The notes beneath the pieces were generated by a model, which did not search any database, was not told where the DNA came from, and saw only the letters and a list, made by a program, of their open reading frames with translations. The position numbers were made by a program, and so were the translations under genes. Shown piece after piece: positions 62,794 through 64,000 of a stretch of DNA of 64,000 bases (its first letter is position 1; each line of letters opens with the position of its first letter). Location: contig SSFW01000048.1 in the NCBI GenBank assembly GCA_008015595.1, positions 363 through 64,362 of the forward strand, written 5' to 3'. Origin of the DNA: Nitrosomonas sp. GTDB taxonomy: Bacteria > Pseudomonadota > Gammaproteobacteria > Burkholderiales > Nitrosomonadaceae.

Positions 62794-64000
62794 TTACCCA
62801 TAACTTGATCGTCTAGAAGTATTTTTGCTTGCAAAAAAGAGGGCAAAGTATCCAGCCATTAACGTAGTAGGGACTGGGCTTGTCAGCGCATGGCCAGCAA
62901 ATATAGATTGGCCTAAATATAATATTGACGCAGATGCAATAAGGCCATGTAAGGAATCACGTTTAATAACAAAGCGATGGATGCTTCTAATTAGTACCAA
63001 CAATATAAACAAGTGTATCAATACAGTAAAGATGAAACCGTGTGCGCCATATATGTCCATCCAATCTACTTCAATAGCTTTTCTACCCCGATCACCAGGA
63101 TAATAAGTTGCTATTCCACGTTGGAAACTATCAGCACCTTCTCCAATGAGGTTATACCAATCCGACCTTTCAGCGATATACTTACTACCTGCTTGTATTA
63201 AAAGCGTACGAGGAAGGTCTCCTTGGACGATTTGCTCGAGTTTTTGTTGTTGATAAATATTTTCTTGCTGCTTATCTAAGCCATACAGAAGTAACATGCT
63301 CATAGTAACGAGAATTAGCGTTGTTACAATCCATTTTTTAATTTTCCTAATAGCAGCAGAGTTACTACTATTCGATGCTTGGTGGCTCCATATTAAGCAA
63401 ATTATAGTTGTGAGTGCTATTCCCATAAGCACACCCAGTGAGGCTCTTGTTCCAATCTGTATGCAAGCGTAAGCGCAAAGTGCTAGCAATATTAATTTTA
63501 ACCAAGAAAATCGAATTAAAACCAAATTATAACCAGCAGCAATTAATGCTAGCCCTAAAGCAAGTGTTATATCGTTTCCCGCAAAAAAGATTCCTTTGCT
63601 TCCATAAGCATAGTCTCCGTAACTTTCACGCTGAATGCCCAATTGTGGTGAGATTAATATGAAGAAACCTAAGATATAGGCAGCATATTGGATAAATCGC
63701 AATAGCTCGTTTTGTTGTATTTGATAGCGCTTGATGATAACAATGAACAAGCAGGTTACAAGGGGTAGATACAATAATTTTGCAACTAATATCAAATCAA
63801 GGAGAATGTTTTGGCTACTTACTACTCCAACCATGATGCTTGGTACGATTGATAAAGTAAGTGACCCTATCCAGAAAAGCAATCGGGAACCAATAATATG
63901 GCTGTATCGTACTATATATACCATAGCACATAGCAATACTCCTCCACGAAAAATTACTCCGGGTGAGACTGGTAATATAATTCCATAATAATCTAAGCCC
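62794..64000 (-). CDS. O-antigen ligase/Wzy-like polysaccharide membrane protein (5' truncated)
   Basis: Multi-TM; GTRA, EVDWMD..G motifs. The frame stays open to the window edge (GLDYYGIILPVSPG...). Confidence 0.75.
   Translation of the reverse strand, partial: GLDYYGIILPVSPGVIFRGGVLLCAMVYIVRYSHIIGSRLLFWIGSLTLSIVPSIMVGVVSSQNILLDLILVAKLLYLPLVTCLFIVIIKRYQIQQNELLRFIQYAAYILGFFILISPQLGIQRESYGDYAYGSKGIFFAGNDITLALGLALIAAGYNLVLIRFSWLKLILLALCAYACIQIGTRASLGVLMGIALTTIICLIWSHQASNSSNSAAIRKIKKWIVTTLILVTMSMLLLYGLDKQQENIYQQQKLEQIVQGDLPRTLLIQAGSKYIAERSDWYNLIGEGADSFQRGIATYYPGDRGRKAIEVDWMDIYGAHGFIFTVLIHLFILLVLIRSIHRFVIKRDSLHGLIASASILYLGQSIFAGHALTSPVPTTLMAGYFALFFASKNTSRRSSYG

Overview
Mostly core chromosome of an AT-rich betaproteobacterium. 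Gene order and protein sequences look Nitrosomonas-like; this is an inference, no database search was run. In order: end of phoB, phoR, tRNA-Val(GAC), two hydrolases, trhP head-to-head with dnaE, the minus-strand block alaA-hom-thrC-sdhB-sdhE-gltA-sucA-sucB, hisCBHAFIE-HIT-tatABC, an interrupted MscK-type channel gene, purT, and a His-rich secreted protein. Next come a frameshifted MshEN-like/AAA+ ATPase gene preceded by an ~80-nt hairpin, ispB, rplU-rpmA-obgE-proB-nudF, and a rubrerythrin operon whose Fe-S oxidoreductase is fused to DUF3501 and coupled to a CNP1 lipoprotein. A ~5 kb accessory patch of hypothetical genes (43.3-48.3 kb) includes a probable restriction-nuclease relic. The window ends with dapC-dapD plus an extra FabF-ACP pair, a MASE1-PAS-GGDEF-EAL protein, cysK-SAT-glcG and the distal end of a surface polysaccharide locus. 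No CRISPR array, IS, integrase or rRNA was seen. The best leads are the hairpin + MshEN-like AAA+ ATPase locus, the fused rubrerythrin module and the orphan KAS-ACP pair. All functional ideas for these are hypotheses.
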